From Escherichia phage p000v, in the sequence record NC_055781.1: a DNA stretch of 64,000 bases. One strand, written 5' to 3'. The first letter of the stretch is position 1. Each line of letters opens with the position of its first letter. Positions 53,074 to 61,578 of the stretch are shown one piece after another. The notes under the pieces were generated by a model that saw nothing but the letters and a program-made list of their open reading frames with translations, was not told the DNA's origin and did not search any database. The position numbers and the translations under genes were made by a program.

Positions 53074-53521
53074 GAAAAATAAAGTGAAAGAACTATCAGC
53101 CGGTATTATCTTCATGACAAAAGATAAAGAATTATTCATGGGACGTGTAACTGGTTCTCGTCCTAAAGGTTCTTTAGCTCATCGGTGGGATATTCCTAAA
53201 GGACGTGTCGAGCCCGGTGAATCGCCTATTGAAGCTGCTATTCGTGAATGCGAAGAAGAAACTGGGTTTACACAATATGACCCTGCCTTCCTGAAAGACC
53301 TAGGTGAACATCATTACTCAGACAATAAGAATATTCATCTGTTCCTATATACCATCCCTGTAGAGCACGAGCAATTCAGAAACAGTGTTTGTAATTCCTA
53401 TCATACATTCCAAGACGGACGACAGATTCCTGAATTTGATGCATTCGCTTTAATTAAACCTTCTCAATGGGAATATGTGATGGGCAAATCATTATATAAG
53501 GTGCTCACTACCATCCTATAA
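53063..53521 (+). CDS. nudE: Nudix hydrolase (NudE / e.1)
   Basis: 152 aa; Nudix box GRVEPGESPIEAAIRECEEETGF; immediately upstream of lysozyme e as in T4. Confidence 0.88.
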   Translation: MMSKKNKVKELSAGIIFMTKDKELFMGRVTGSRPKGSLAHRWDIPKGRVEPGESPIEAAIRECEEETGFTQYDPAFLKDLGEHHYSDNKNIHLFLYTIPVEHEQFRNSVCNSYHTFQDGRQIPEFDAFALIKPSQWEYVMGKSLYKVLTTIL

Positions 53522-53555
53522 GTAATAAATACCTCCTATAAACGTGGGAGGTATT

Positions 53556-54044
53556 ATGAATATATTTGAAATGCTTCGTAATGACGAAGGTCTTAGACTG
53601 ACTTTATACAAAGACACCGAAGGCTTTTGGACGATTGGCATAGGCCATTTGGTAACAAAGAACCCGTCTTTAGCCGTAGCTAAAGCTGAACTTGACAGAA
53701 TGATCGGTCGTAAATGCAACGGCACAATTACCCTTGATGAGGCTGAAAAGCTATTTAATGAAGACGTTGATAAAGCCGTTCGTGGAATCTTGGGTAATGC
53801 TAAACTTAAACCAGTGTATGATTCTTTAGACGCGGTTCGTCGATGTGCATTAGTCAATATGGTCTTCCAAATGGGTGTAGCAGGCGTCGCAGGTTTTACT
53901 AATTCTCTTCGTATGCTTCAACAGAAACGTTGGGATGAAGCGGCAGTAAATCTAGCCCAATCTAAATGGTATCGTCAGACACCTAATCGCGCGAAACGCG
54001 TAATCTCAACATTTAAAACAGGAACTTGGAAAGCGTATATATGA
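53556..54044 (+). CDS. e: Endolysin, T4 lysozyme (gene e)
   Basis: Start at M5 of the track ORF (SD GGGAGG); 162 aa; [32 protein letters not shown]... essentially T4 lysozyme with catalytic Glu11/Asp20/Thr26 context. Confidence 0.95.
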   Translation: MNIFEMLRNDEGLRLTLYKDTEGFWTIGIGHLVTKNPSLAVAKAELDRMIGRKCNGTITLDEAEKLFNEDVDKAVRGILGNAKLKPVYDSLDAVRRCALVNMVFQMGVAGVAGFTNSLRMLQQKRWDEAAVNLAQSKWYRQTPNRAKRVISTFKTGTWKAYI

Positions 54045-54322
54045 AAACATATAGTGAATTTTTATCAGAATCTATTCTTAACGAAGCTACCGACACATTT
54101 GCAACTAAGCTAGGTGCAGCTTTGGTTGAAGCGGAAAGTCTATTAGCACGTATTTCTGAACTTGCCAGTAAGATAGATACTCGCAAATTTGAACGTACCA
54201 GTGATATCGTTAAGCTTGAAGCCTTGTTGCGTATGTGCGATAAACCGGAAGAAATCGCTAAGAACGGCTCGTTAATGAAACAACGTCTTGAAAAATATAT
54301 TTCAGGCGCTTCAGAAAAATAG
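54041..54322 (+). CDS. Small protein with CTS-like N-terminus (candidate internal protein)
   Basis: Start at M6 of the track ORF, ATGA overlap with the e stop; 93 aa; N-terminus [10 protein letters not shown]|S (LxE site). Confidence 0.55.
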   Translation: MKTYSEFLSESILNEATDTFATKLGAALVEAESLLARISELASKIDTRKFERTSDIVKLEALLRMCDKPEEIAKNGSLMKQRLEKYISGASEK

Positions 54323-54323
54323 T

Positions 54324-54380
54324 GTTTACTTCCTCCAAGGACTTTGATACTATACATTCATCAACTACTTGGAGGAAATT
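54324..54380 (+). promoter_or_regulatory. Early promoter + stem-loop cassette (PeSL-like) upstream of denV
   Basis: GTTTAC (54324-54329), TGATACTAT -10; inverted repeat TTCCTCCAAG...CTTGGAGGAA pairs the region after -35 with the SD. Confidence 0.6.
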
Positions 54381-54794
54381 ATGACTCGTATCAATTTAAC
54401 ACTTGTTTCTGAACTGACCGACCAACATCTTATGGCTGAGTATCGTGAATTACCACGCGTATTTGGTGCAGTCCGTAAACATGTTCAAAATGGTAAACGT
54501 GTAAAGGATTTTAAAATCTCTCCAACATTTATCTTAGGCACAGGTCACGTAACATTCTTTTACGACAAACTTGAATTTTTACGTTTACGTCAAATCGAGC
54601 TAATCGTGGAATGTTTAAAACGCGGTTTCAAAATCAAGGACACGACAGTCCAGGATATTTCCGACATTCCTGTAGAATTTCGTAATAATTATGTCCCGTC
54701 CGAAGCGTCCATTGCGATAAGTCAAGCACGCTTAGATGAAAAAATTGCTCAACGTCCGACTTGGTACAAATACTATGGTAAATCAATTTACTAA
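54381..54794 (+). CDS. denV: Endonuclease V, pyrimidine dimer DNA glycosylase (DenV)
   Basis: Start at M5 of the track ORF; 137 aa; [34 protein letters not shown]... near-identical in character to T4 endo V. Confidence 0.93.
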   Translation: MTRINLTLVSELTDQHLMAEYRELPRVFGAVRKHVQNGKRVKDFKISPTFILGTGHVTFFYDKLEFLRLRQIELIVECLKRGFKIKDTTVQDISDIPVEFRNNYVPSEASIAISQARLDEKIAQRPTWYKYYGKSIY

Positions 54795-54806
54795 GGAAAA
54801 ACGAAA

Positions 54807-55061
54807 ATGTATCAAGAATTTACCGCTGAAGCAGATGCCAAAGGCCCAAAGTTTAAAGTTAAAGCTTTCATTGGTGATGCGGAAGACTTTGGCTCATTAA
54901 AATGTAATGGGTATTCTTTCTTAGGTGGCGATGGTAAAGAAATCAACACCTATGCAAAACGTAGTGAAATTGCTTATGTTGTAGCAAGTCCTAAAGTAGA
55001 TGTTGACGATATTGAATACGATTTTAACAACTTCGGAATTATTTCTGGCGGTAAAGCTTAA
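54807..55061 (+). CDS. Hypothetical protein with degenerate CTS-like N-terminus
   Basis: 84 aa; N-terminus MYQEFTAEA resembles MKTYQEFIAEA lacking two residues. Confidence 0.5.
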   Translation: MYQEFTAEADAKGPKFKVKAFIGDAEDFGSLKCNGYSFLGGDGKEINTYAKRSEIAYVVASPKVDVDDIEYDFNNFGIISGGKA

Positions 55062-55065
55062 AATT

Positions 55066-55125
55066 GTTTACGCTTAAGTATTAATATGGTATAATTACTC
55101 TATCAAAACAAACAAGGAAACAAAA
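55066..55125 (+). promoter_or_regulatory. Early promoter + leader cassette (PeSL-like)
   Basis: GTTTAC (55066-55071), TGGTATAAT extended -10, leader CTATCAAAACAAACAAGGAAACAAAA. Confidence 0.6.
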
Positions 55126-55440
55126 ATGAAAACGTATAAAGAATTTATTGCAGAATCCGCCAACCAACGCGTTGAAGGTGGTTATATTTGGATTGAACAA
55201 GTTGAGCCACCGAGCCGCACTTCTACAGGTAAATGGAAAATTACCGTTGATGGTCCTGGTGGTAAACGTAGGACTCTTAAAGAAATTAACGGGTACTATG
55301 AAGAAGCTCTTTCGGATGCAGGAACTTACATGATGCAAATCATGATTAAAAACCCTGAAAACCGTTTTGCAGCTAAAGTCTTCCGCCGCATCGGTAATAA
55401 ACTTTATGATGCATACTCTAAAAACTTCCCTAAAGAATAA
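55126..55440 (+). CDS. Internal protein (IPII-like) with capsid targeting sequence
   Basis: 104 aa; N-terminus MKTYKEFIAE|S; basic; size close to T4 IPII (100 aa). Confidence 0.65.
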   Translation: MKTYKEFIAESANQRVEGGYIWIEQVEPPSRTSTGKWKITVDGPGGKRRTLKEINGYYEEALSDAGTYMMQIMIKNPENRFAAKVFRRIGNKLYDAYSKNFPKE

Positions 55441-55465
55441 CATAAATTAAAACAATAGGAACAAA

Positions 55466-56044
55466 ATGAAAACTTATAAAGAATTTATCGCCGAGGCCTT
55501 TGCAGGAAAAGCTCAAGGCATTAATAAGGACGAGTGGAATTATCGTGGCGGAAACGGCTTTGACCCTAAAACTGCTCCACTTGAACGATATCTAGCCACA
55601 AAAGCTTCTGATTTTAAAGCATTCGCTTGGGAAGGACTTCGCTGGCGTAACGATCTAAATATTGAAGTTGACGGACTCAAATTTGCTCATATTGAAGATG
55701 TTGTTGCTAGTAACTTAGATGCAGCTTTTGTTAAAGCCGACAGCGACCTTCGTCGCTGGAATTTAAAACTGTTCTCTAAACAAAAAGGCCCGAAGTTTGT
55801 GCCTAAAGCAGGTAAATGGGTTATTGATAATAAATTGGCTAAAGCTGTCAACTACGCTGGGCTTGAATTTGCCAAGCATAAATCATCATGGAAAGGTCTT
55901 GATGCAATGACTTTCCGTAAAGAATTTGCCGATGTTATGGCTAAAGGCGGCTTTAAGGCAGAAATAGATACCTCTAAAGGTACGTTTAAAGACGCTAATG
56001 TTCAGTACGCTTACGCCGTTGCTAATGCAGCCCGTGGTAATTAA
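55466..56044 (+). CDS. Internal protein (IPIII-like) with capsid targeting sequence
   Basis: 192 aa; N-terminus MKTYKEFIAE|A; size close to T4 IPIII (194 aa). Confidence 0.65.
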   Translation: MKTYKEFIAEAFAGKAQGINKDEWNYRGGNGFDPKTAPLERYLATKASDFKAFAWEGLRWRNDLNIEVDGLKFAHIEDVVASNLDAAFVKADSDLRRWNLKLFSKQKGPKFVPKAGKWVIDNKLAKAVNYAGLEFAKHKSSWKGLDAMTFRKEFADVMAKGGFKAEIDTSKGTFKDANVQYAYAVANAARGN

Positions 56045-56222
56045 TAAGGCCTAAGTATAGGCCTATTTACATTTAAATAAAATGGGAACAACCTGGACCT
56101 CATGATTCTATGAGGGATTCCCGCCAACCTGTAATAAGGTCGAGCCCAAGTGCGGTAATGGGTAAATACAGAAATGGACAATTCATGCGCCACGGAATGG
56201 CCCAAACCTTAAGAGAAATAAT

Positions 56223-56762
56223 ATGAGAACATTTTTAACTGGACCTTATCTATCCCTGATGAATGCTTTTACACACCATTCTGATGCTAGAGTAGAAGAA
56301 ATTTGTAAGAACGGTTATATCCCACCGTTTGAAGACGTACTCAAGCAGTACTGTACACTTCGTTTAGACGGCGGCCGACAATCAGGTAAATCAATTGCTG
56401 TGACTAACTTTGCTGCTAATTGGCTGTATGATGGTGGAACAGTTATTGTTCTTTCTAATACTTCAGCTTATGCTAAAATTTCTGCTGGCAACATTGAAAA
56501 AGAATTTTCTCGTTATTCTAGCGACGATATTCGATTCCGTTTATTTACTGATTCTGTCCGTAGTTTTATTGGCAATGAAGGTTCTAAATTCCGTGGATTA
56601 ACGCTTTCTCGTATTCTGTACATAATTGACGAGCCTATTAAAGCTCCTGATATGGATAAGATTTACGACATACATATTAAAACAGTCCAACACTGTTGCA
56701 AAAGCAAATATTGCAACGGCGGTAATGCTCGTCCTCAATTTTTTGTGATTGGAATGCAATGA
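56223..56762 (+). CDS. Predicted P-loop NTPase
   Basis: 179 aa; Walker A GGRQSGKS and Walker B-like ILYIIDEP. Confidence 0.5.
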   Translation: MRTFLTGPYLSLMNAFTHHSDARVEEICKNGYIPPFEDVLKQYCTLRLDGGRQSGKSIAVTNFAANWLYDGGTVIVLSNTSAYAKISAGNIEKEFSRYSSDDIRFRLFTDSVRSFIGNEGSKFRGLTLSRILYIIDEPIKAPDMDKIYDIHIKTVQHCCKSKYCNGGNARPQFFVIGMQ

Positions 56763-57067
56763 TGACCACTATTGAAGTTTTTGAGTATTGTTATAACAGC
56801 TCAGTATGCAATAAAAGGGCTCTTGTAGAAAATTACGAGATTTACCATTTTAAACCTAAACGATATCGTTTGACTAAAGGTCCGTTCGCAGGGCAGCAGG
56901 TTCTTTGTACTGCTCCTAATGCACGACTGATGACTAGTATTCCGCATTTCAAAATGGAATTTATTGATGGACCATTTAAGGGATTAATCACTCAAAGTTT
57001 AATGGCGTTTAATTCTGACCCATTTTTGATTAAAGAAAAAACTTGGATAAATTTATTTTCTAATTGA
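56759..57067 (+). CDS. Hypothetical protein
   Basis: 102 aa ORF with ATGATG overlap. Confidence 0.5.
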   Translation: MMTTIEVFEYCYNSSVCNKRALVENYEIYHFKPKRYRLTKGPFAGQQVLCTAPNARLMTSIPHFKMEFIDGPFKGLITQSLMAFNSDPFLIKEKTWINLFSN

Positions 57068-57073
57068 GGTTAT

Positions 57074-57436
57074 ATGAAAGCATATCAAATTCTTGAAGGT
57101 GTACATAAAGGCACTATTTATTTTGAAGACGGTACTCAAGCCCGGATTATTGTCTCTAAGACTTTTAAAGAAGACACTATTGTAGACCCTGAAATTTTCT
57201 ACGGTTTGAATGCCCGTGAAATTGAAATTGAACATCAACCTAAAGTTAAAATTGAAGGTGGTCAACATTTGAACGTTAACGTTCTGCGTCGTGAAACTCT
57301 GGAAGATGCAGTTAAGCATCCGGAAAAATATCCGCAGCTGACCATCCGTGTATCCGGTTATGCAGTTCGCTTTAACTCTCTGACTCCAGAACAGCAACGC
57401 GACGTTATCGCTCGTACCTTTACTGAGAGCCTATAA
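57074..57436 (+). CDS. Autonomous glycyl radical cofactor (GrcA/YfiD-like; T4 Y06I-like)
   Basis: 120 aa; C-terminal half [61 protein letters not shown] carries the glycyl-radical RVSGY motif and matches E. coli GrcA as I recall it. Confidence 0.8.
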   Translation: MKAYQILEGVHKGTIYFEDGTQARIIVSKTFKEDTIVDPEIFYGLNAREIEIEHQPKVKIEGGQHLNVNVLRRETLEDAVKHPEKYPQLTIRVSGYAVRFNSLTPEQQRDVIARTFTESL

Positions 57437-57660
57437 TGGCTAAATTGATTATAGAAGGGTCTGAAGATGTTTTAAAATGTTTTGCCGCCTGGTTTAGTTG
57501 CTCAGGCGAGCAATCATTCATTGAAGCATTTAGAATGGGTGATATTACTGGAAGCTATCCGACAACTGATATCACTGTACGTGGATATGGTATTAATGAG
57601 CCTATCCAATTGGTCGAATATGACCTTGCCACTGATGAGGAAATTCCTTATGTCGATTGA
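57436..57660 (+). CDS. Hypothetical protein
   Basis: 74 aa ORF, TAATG overlap with the grcA-like stop. Confidence 0.5.
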   Translation: MAKLIIEGSEDVLKCFAAWFSCSGEQSFIEAFRMGDITGSYPTTDITVRGYGINEPIQLVEYDLATDEEIPYVD

Positions 57661-57916
57661 AGACATCAAAGGCTACAAGCCGCATACCGATGATAAAATC
57701 GGTAAAGTGAACGCTATTAAAGATGCAGAAGTCCGTCTTGGATTGTTGTTTGATGCTCTGATTGAAGAAGCCTATATCTTGAAAGAAAATGAAACAGAGC
57801 AACAAACCAAAGAAGATATGGATGCAGTGCAGGCTCTTAAGTACGCTAAGCAACATTTAAAAGAAGCCAGCATGTGGGCCTGTCGTGCAGTATTTCGACC
57901 TGAGGAAAAATACTAA
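57650..57916 (+). CDS. Hypothetical protein
   Basis: Start at M57 of the track ORF (ATG 57650 overlapping the upstream stop); 88 aa. Confidence 0.45.
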   Translation: MSIEDIKGYKPHTDDKIGKVNAIKDAEVRLGLLFDALIEEAYILKENETEQQTKEDMDAVQALKYAKQHLKEASMWACRAVFRPEEKY

Positions 57917-58131
57917 TGGCTTCTACTATTACTGGGTTATTGGACTTTCAAGAAAAGGTCAACAAAATTTGTAGTGAATACTTAAAGTATCTTGAAGAAG
58001 ACCTTGAAGATTGTAAGGAAGAAGGCGAAGAAGATTATGCTGACCAGCGTCGTCGCCAAATCGAAGAGATGAGGCATTTTGCCAATATGGTATCTAAAGA
58101 ATCTTGGGCTTTAACTCCATTTTATCAATAA
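57916..58131 (+). CDS. Hypothetical acidic protein
   Basis: 71 aa ORF, TAATG overlap. Confidence 0.5.
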   Translation: MASTITGLLDFQEKVNKICSEYLKYLEEDLEDCKEEGEEDYADQRRRQIEEMRHFANMVSKESWALTPFYQ

Positions 58132-58135
58132 AGTA

Positions 58136-58192
58136 GTTTACTTCTCCTCTAGTTGTGTTACTATAGACCTGTCAACTAGAGGAGAAATCAAA
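58136..58192 (+). promoter_or_regulatory. Early promoter + stem-loop cassette (PeSL-like) upstream of regB-like gene
   Basis: GTTTAC (58136-58141), TGTTACTAT -10 within the inverted repeat CTCTAGTTG...CAACTAGAG, SD GAGGAG. Confidence 0.6.
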
Positions 58193-58651
58193 ATGACTAT
58201 CAATTCGGAAGTTTTTATCCGTCGCAATAAACTCCGTCGAATCTTTGAAACGGAGTTTCGTCAAATCAACGCCAGTATAAAAGATGCTGCAAAGTCTCTT
58301 GGACTACCAGGCTTTCATATAAAGTATTCTCAACATCTCTTAGATCGTGCCATCCAGAGAGAAATAGATGAGAATTACGTTTTTGAATTATTTCATAAAG
58401 TAAAAAATCATGTTAAAGAAGTTGCAGAATTTTTATCAATGCCGGCACGTCCAGATGTTGATGAAGATTTTGTCGAAGGTGTCGAATATCGCCCAGGCCG
58501 TTTAGAAATAACTGACGGAAATCTTTGGTTAGGACTTACAGTCTGTCGCGAAAATCCAGCATTCAAAATGAAGACTCTTCAATGCAGAATGGCTATTATT
58601 AACAGTAAACGACTACCAGGAAAAGCTTCTAAAGCAGTGATTAAAATCTAG
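58193..58651 (+). CDS. regB: RegB-like endoribonuclease
   Basis: 152 aa (T4 RegB 153 aa); MTINSEVFIRRNKLRR... matches my recollection of the RegB N-terminus; location between denV and tk. Confidence 0.55.
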   Translation: MTINSEVFIRRNKLRRIFETEFRQINASIKDAAKSLGLPGFHIKYSQHLLDRAIQREIDENYVFELFHKVKNHVKEVAEFLSMPARPDVDEDFVEGVEYRPGRLEITDGNLWLGLTVCRENPAFKMKTLQCRMAIINSKRLPGKASKAVIKI

Positions 58652-58659
58652 AGGTAAAC

Positions 58660-59202
58660 ATGAGAAAAGCACTACTCGCTGGTCTATTTGCTCTTTCGTT
58701 ATCAGCACATAGCTCCGAGCATACTTTTAGTAATGTCCAACTCGATAACTTGAATTATGCTTATCAGTTTGGGGAACAGTTTTCTAAGGATGGAAAATTT
58801 AAAACGCATGAAAATATGCATAAGAAAGGACTTGGATACATAATGGCCGCAATACTATGGCAGGAATCATCTGCCGGTATTAATCTTAAAGATAAGAAAG
58901 GTCACCATGCGTATGGAATGTTCCAAAACTATCTACCAACAATGAGGGCAAGAATTAACCAGCTCGGTTATAATATGACTGATGCCCAAATTAAGAAAAT
59001 GCTATCTAAGCGGTCTAATTCAGCAAGATGGGCTTATATCGAATTTTCTTATTGGTTAAATATACATAACGGGGATATAAGAAAAGCTATATCCTCATAT
59101 AATGCGGGATGGAAGACAAGTGCTGGAAGTAAATATGCTTCTGAAGTCCTAGAAAAGGCTAATTACCTTAAATCAAATAAACTACTGGAAATAAAAGAAT
59201 GA
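58660..59202 (+). CDS. Secreted lytic transglycosylase (SLT-domain protein with signal peptide)
   Basis: 180 aa; signal peptide MRKALLAGLFALSLSAHS; SLT motifs ILWQESSAG (catalytic Glu-Ser), GMFQ, SYNAGW. Confidence 0.7.
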   Translation: MRKALLAGLFALSLSAHSSEHTFSNVQLDNLNYAYQFGEQFSKDGKFKTHENMHKKGLGYIMAAILWQESSAGINLKDKKGHHAYGMFQNYLPTMRARINQLGYNMTDAQIKKMLSKRSNSARWAYIEFSYWLNIHNGDIRKAISSYNAGWKTSAGSKYASEVLEKANYLKSNKLLEIKE

Positions 59203-59546
59203 CCAAAATGTTGGCTTTAATAGTTGGCTTGGTTTCATTTAACGCTCTTGCTAATACTACATATACTGATGTAACGGAGTATACAAACAGAACGGCGTCT
59301 GATTATTGTGGTAAAAGTCAAGAGTGTAAAGTAGATTTTTCACAAAAATTGTTATATGCATATAAAGACGGAGAAAAAGATGGGGCGTCTAGTAGGTTCA
59401 AGGCGTCTACCTTAATTAAAAGATACTATAAAAAATGGCAAATATTAGAATGCTCGGTGGCGGAACCTAAAGATAAGGCAGCATGCAATTCTATGGTGGA
59501 CCGTCTAGTTGACTCTTATACTAGAGGACTTGCAGCAAGTGATTAA
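59199..59546 (+). CDS. Secreted Cys-rich protein (115 aa) with signal peptide
   Basis: Signal peptide MTKMLALIVGLVSFNALA; six Cys in the mature part; 115 aa corresponds by position and size to T4 vs, but the signal peptide makes that identity uncertain. Confidence 0.5.
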   Translation: MTKMLALIVGLVSFNALANTTYTDVTEYTNRTASDYCGKSQECKVDFSQKLLYAYKDGEKDGASSRFKASTLIKRYYKKWQILECSVAEPKDKAACNSMVDRLVDSYTRGLAASD

Positions 59547-60006
59547 AAACTATATCAAGGGCGATATTGTCGCCCTGTTTTCTGAAGGTAAAAATGTTGC
59601 TCATGGTTGTAACTGTTTCCATACAATGGGCGCAGGAGTAGCCGGGCAATTAGCGAAGGCCTTTCCAAAGATTTTAGAAGCCGATAAACTTCAAACCGAA
59701 TTCGGAGACGAGTCTAAACTTGGGTCTTATTCGGTTTATGAAAAATATTTTAAGACCCATAAAGCTTATTGCTTTAATCTTTATACACAGTTTGAGCCGG
59801 GACCTAATTTTGAGTACTCTGCTTTAATGAATTGTATAATAGAATTAAATGAATTCGGAAAAAATAAGATAACAAAGCCTGTAATTTATATGCCAAGAAT
59901 TGGTGTAGGTATAGGTGGTGGAAACTGGGATATCATTGAAGAAATTCTTGATACATATTCCACTAAACTAGAAATTGTGATTGTTGATTGGGAACCATTG
60001 CTATGA
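59539..60006 (+). CDS. Macro-domain-like protein (putative ADP-ribose binding / hydrolase)
   Basis: Track ORF starts with TTG at 59509 and has no ATG; GTG 59539 with SD GAGGA 10 nt upstream proposed. Motifs GDIVALFSEGKNVAHGCNC...GAGVAG and IGVGIGGGNWD resemble macro domain glycine-rich loops. Confidence 0.45.
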   Translation: MIKNYIKGDIVALFSEGKNVAHGCNCFHTMGAGVAGQLAKAFPKILEADKLQTEFGDESKLGSYSVYEKYFKTHKAYCFNLYTQFEPGPNFEYSALMNCIIELNEFGKNKITKPVIYMPRIGVGIGGGNWDIIEEILDTYSTKLEIVIVDWEPLL

Positions 60007-60215
60007 AAGTACATTACCCACATCCGTTTGATCCTAAAAATAAAGCAGTAATTATTCGTCAATGGGAACGCATTTGTCGTACTAAATGTCCAATTAATAG
60101 TCCACATGACGTAGATAAAGACTACATCGGAACATTCGTTGAATATACCTTTATTGATAAGAAAGGTCGTAAACAACATGTAGAAGAATATTGCTTAAAG
60201 GTGACATGGTTATGA
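60003..60215 (+). CDS. Hypothetical protein
   Basis: Start at M6 of the track ORF (ATGA overlap); 70 aa; CxxC...C...H pattern. Confidence 0.5.
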   Translation: MKVHYPHPFDPKNKAVIIRQWERICRTKCPINSPHDVDKDYIGTFVEYTFIDKKGRKQHVEEYCLKVTWL

Positions 60216-60243
60216 GTCAAACAAAAATTCTTACAGGTGCTAA

Positions 60244-60426
60244 ATGAAATTGACTAAAGAAGAGAAAACTAAACTGTTCGAACTTATCCATGACCTATTG
60301 GATGAGCAAGCAGCCACCAATGCGTACGATGAATATGCTCCTTTAACAGATGAAGAATATCAAGCATTGTTGGAATCATTTGACAGGAAAGAACAAGAAC
60401 TCATTGACTACGTGAATTCACTATAA
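60244..60426 (+). CDS. Hypothetical acidic protein
   Basis: 60 aa ORF just upstream of tk. Confidence 0.5.
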   Translation: MKLTKEEKTKLFELIHDLLDEQAATNAYDEYAPLTDEEYQALLESFDRKEQELIDYVNSL

Positions 60427-60435
60427 GGGACTCTT

Positions 60436-61017
60436 ATGGCTAGTTTAATTTTTACCTATGCCGCTATGAACGCTGGTAAGTCTGCTTCATTACTTACTGC
60501 CGCACATAACTATAAAGAACGTGGCATGGGTGTATTAGTTCTTAAACCGGCTATTGATACTCGCGATTCAAAAGGTGAAATAGTCTCTCGTATCGGTATT
60601 CGTCAGGATGCCAATATAATTACAAAAGACATGGATATCTTTGAATTTTATAAATGGGCAGCAGCACAAAAGGATATTCATTGTGTATTTGTTGACGAAG
60701 CTCAGTTCTTAACTACTGAAAAGGTGTATCAACTTAGTCGTATTGTTGACGTATACAATGTGCCAGTAATGGCATATGGACTACGAACAGATTTTAAAGG
60801 TAATCTATTTGAAGGTTCTCAAGCATTAATGGCTATTGCCGATAAGCTTGTTGAACTTAAAGGTGTCTGTCATTGCGGTAAAAAAGCCACAATGGTAGCT
60901 AGAGTCACGGAAGACGGACTTCCAATTACAGATGGCAGTCAAATTGAAATTGGTGATACCGATAGATACGTGTCATTATGCCGGAAGCATTGGAATGATT
61001 TGACAGGGTTGTTATAA
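60436..61017 (+). CDS. tk: Thymidine kinase
   Basis: 193 aa (T4 Tk 193 aa); P-loop MNAGKS, VDEAQF, zinc-binding CHCG...C...C motif. Confidence 0.93.
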   Translation: MASLIFTYAAMNAGKSASLLTAAHNYKERGMGVLVLKPAIDTRDSKGEIVSRIGIRQDANIITKDMDIFEFYKWAAAQKDIHCVFVDEAQFLTTEKVYQLSRIVDVYNVPVMAYGLRTDFKGNLFEGSQALMAIADKLVELKGVCHCGKKATMVARVTEDGLPITDGSQIEIGDTDRYVSLCRKHWNDLTGLL

Positions 61018-61044
61018 ATACTAATATCTAACCAAGAGGTATAT

Positions 61045-61257
61045 ATGCAGCAATTAAACGAAAGACAACTTCGTAATCTTACTGTAACCCAATTGGATGA
61101 AATCCGAAGAGAATTAGGACATTCTATTTCTCATTTAAACGAGGATATCCGTCAAACTGGTTCTAAAGCTGATTATACACGCAAGCGCAAGCTGGAAAAA
61201 TACCTCACAGATGTTAAGGCCGTCCAAAGGCGAAAAATAAATACTGGCCAAAATTAA
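61045..61257 (+). CDS. Hypothetical protein
   Basis: 70 aa basic helical ORF downstream of tk. Confidence 0.5.
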   Translation: MQQLNERQLRNLTVTQLDEIRRELGHSISHLNEDIRQTGSKADYTRKRKLEKYLTDVKAVQRRKINTGQN

Positions 61258-61269
61258 CAGGAGGCCTAT

Positions 61270-61572
61270 ATGGCCTTAAGAGCGATAGCTGTCATGGCGA
61301 TGCTGGGTTTTTTTGCAGCAACAACTCCTATCGTTGGTACTGCACGTATTGACCCATATTTTGATAACTTTATGGAATCAGGGATTAAAAACGTATATAC
61401 TTTGTTCGAAATTCAAAATGTTGAGAATTCTGAAAAATTCTATAAGTATATGGCAAAGCATTACAAAAATAGCCCCTGTGATGATGCATTTGAATGTCAT
61501 GAACAAGGCATAAAAACTGCCAGACAATTTGCTGAGTTCATGAAAATAAAATTAGAGCCTACATCTATCTAA
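61270..61572 (+). CDS. rI: RI-like lysis inhibition regulator (antiholin), membrane-anchored/periplasmic
   Basis: 100 aa; N-terminal signal-anchor MALRAIAVMAMLGFFAAT; resembles T4 RI (97 aa) in size, N-terminus and position next to tk. Confidence 0.6.
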   Translation: MALRAIAVMAMLGFFAATTPIVGTARIDPYFDNFMESGIKNVYTLFEIQNVENSEKFYKYMAKHYKNSPCDDAFECHEQGIKTARQFAEFMKIKLEPTSI

Positions 61573-61578
61573 TTTACT

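Noticed and set aside
60213-60246. 11-codon ORF (MSQTKILTGAK) between 60003-60215 and 60244-60426
   Set aside because: Too short to call as a gene; probably just the coupling spacer between two overlapping start/stop sites.
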